Source: Oopsacas minuta (Eukaryota; Animalia; Porifera). From it: a DNA stretch of 64,000 nt. The position numbers and the translations under genes are program-made. The stretch covers positions 25,637 through 89,636 of the forward strand of contig JAKMXF010000021.1 in NCBI GenBank assembly GCA_024704765.1, written 5' to 3'. Below the pieces are notes generated by a model. That model was not told the origin of the DNA. It did no database searches and worked only from the letters and a program-made list of their open reading frames with translations. Positions 62,310 to 64,000 of this stretch are shown piece by piece. Numbering within the stretch: the stretch's first letter is position 1; each line of letters starts with the position of its first letter.

Positions 62310-63675
62310 AAACACGACATATTCAATCTGTCTATGTGCAAACAATTGAAATTGAAATTTGATAATTGCGACAATTCAGCTCCAATTTTCAATGTGCAAA
62401 TATTTAAATGTATGGAAGAGACTTGCAGCAAGCGAGATTCAATGTGAATATGACAAACATTCACAATTGAATCAAGAAATTTGCTACACGTCAAATTCAA
62501 TGTGTATATGTGCAAACATTTGAAGCATAATGTAAAATTTCTACCCAAATAATATTCAACGTGACTATGAACAAAGATTGGAAATTGAATATAGAAACTT
62601 GCTAAACTTAACATTCAATGTGTCCACGTGGAAGCAATTGAGATTGAATCTAGAATCCTGCTACAAGTGAGATTCCATGTGTCTATGTGCAAACATCTGC
62701 AATTGGATGGATAAACTTACTAAATGTCAGAATCAATGTGTTTGTGAGAAAACATTTGAAATTGAATGTAGAAATTTGCAAAACTTTAAATTCAATATAT
62801 GTGAAAATAATTGAGATTGAATATAGAATCTTGCTACAAGTCAGATTCAATGTTTCTACTGGCTAACAGCTGAAATGGAAGGGATAATCTAGCTACAAGT
62901 TAGATTCAATGATACTTTTGTTCAACATTGAAACTGAATGTATACACTTGCTACAAGTCAGAAGTAATGACTCTATCTTCAAACATTTGGAAGGAACTTT
63001 GGGAATTGCCACATTTCAGCTTTAAATCGTCTATTTGCAAATATTTGAAATATTTAGAAGGGGCTTGCCACAAGCCAGATTCCAAATGCGAATATGTCAA
63101 ACATTTTCAATTCAATCTGAAGGCTTGTTATACGTCAGATTATATGTGTTCATGTGAAAAATTTTAAATTGAATGTAGAAACCTGTAAAACGTGAAATTC
63201 AATGTGTCTATGAGCAACAACTGAGATTGAAGCTAGAAACTTGCTACAAGTCAGATTCAATTTGTCTATGAGCAAACATCTGAATTTGAATGTATAGACT
63301 TGTTACAAGTCAAATTCAATCAGTCTACGTGTAAACAATTATAATAGAATTTTGAATCTTGTCACTAATCAGGTTCAATATATGTATGTAGAAACAATTG
63401 AGAATGAATCTGGAAACTTGCTAGAAGTCAGATTTAATCTGTCTATGTGCAAACAATATTTAGCGAAGTGTCAATCTTGCCACAAGTCAGGTTCAATGTG
63501 CCTAAGTGAAAAAATTTGAGATTGAATACAGAATCATGTTAAAGGTAAGAATCAATGTGTCTACTTACGAACATTTGAAATTGAATGTAGAGAGTCGGTA
63601 CAAGTCAAACTCAATCTGACTATGAACAAACCTTTGAAATTGAATTTAGAAACTTGCTACAAGTCAGATTCAATG
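62310..63675. repeat. 59-bp minisatellite, roughly 23 diverged units
   Basis: Consensus about TTGCTACAAGTCAGATTCAATGTGTCTATGTGCAAACATTTGAAATTGAATGTAGAAAC. The motif shifts by one base per 60-nt line at 63241-63675. Confidence 0.92.
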
Positions 63676-64000
63676 ATTCCATCAGGGCGTTAAATAAGTC
63701 TTGCGGGTCATGATATATCTTAGGAATTAGTCAAGTAATATATCTAACTTGAATATATTATAACCCCAAATAGTTAAACTCCATATACAGAAAGTTTCAA
63801 GATTATTCAAACAATTATGAATTTTTGAGATAGTTACGTGTGGTGAATGTATACCCATTGTTGAATCTACGGACTCAAAGGATGATAACACTGCTCAACA
63901 ATTTTTTTTCATTTTTTGTTGCATGAGATTTTTCAATTGATTCTATATAATTTTGGGATGCTGATTTCAAATCTGCAATCAGTTTCTTTCTGCATGCTCT

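Noticed and set aside
61490-63167. Cys-rich ORFs and a CRISPR-like regular spacing
   Set aside because: The units are diverged tandem repeats without unique spacers or cas genes, and the ORFs are translations of the satellite.
63684-64000. CAGGGCGTTAAATAAG, a possible start of another Tc1/mariner-type element
   Set aside because: No TA TSD, and any partner end would lie outside the window.

Overview
AT-rich eukaryotic, most likely animal, genomic DNA (species cannot be determined from sequence alone) that is almost entirely nested, decayed transposons. Recognisable families: PIF/Harbinger, hAT (Ac- and Buster-type), mariner DD34D, Tc1 (DD34E and DD35E), maT DD37D, MULE, Chapaev3, a THAP/P-like relic, Ginger-like intron-containing integrases, Helitron-like non-autonomous elements, a LINE RT fragment, foldback elements and 59-bp satellites. 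The standout is a full-length Transib/RAG1-like transposon (7877-11180). It has RSS-heptamer-like ends, a perfect 5-bp TSD, an NBD-like N-terminal region, the RAG1-type DDE and zinc motifs, one intron and a C-terminal CCHC tail. It has no RAG2-like partner. A second, divergent relic of the same family lies at about 16.9-17.2 kb. The only probable host gene is a divergent TFIIB/BRF-family factor on the minus strand, with two phase-compatible exons separated by a 10.9-kb TE-filled intron. No rRNA, tRNA or CRISPR array was seen. All family assignments come from motif recognition by eye and were not run against any database.
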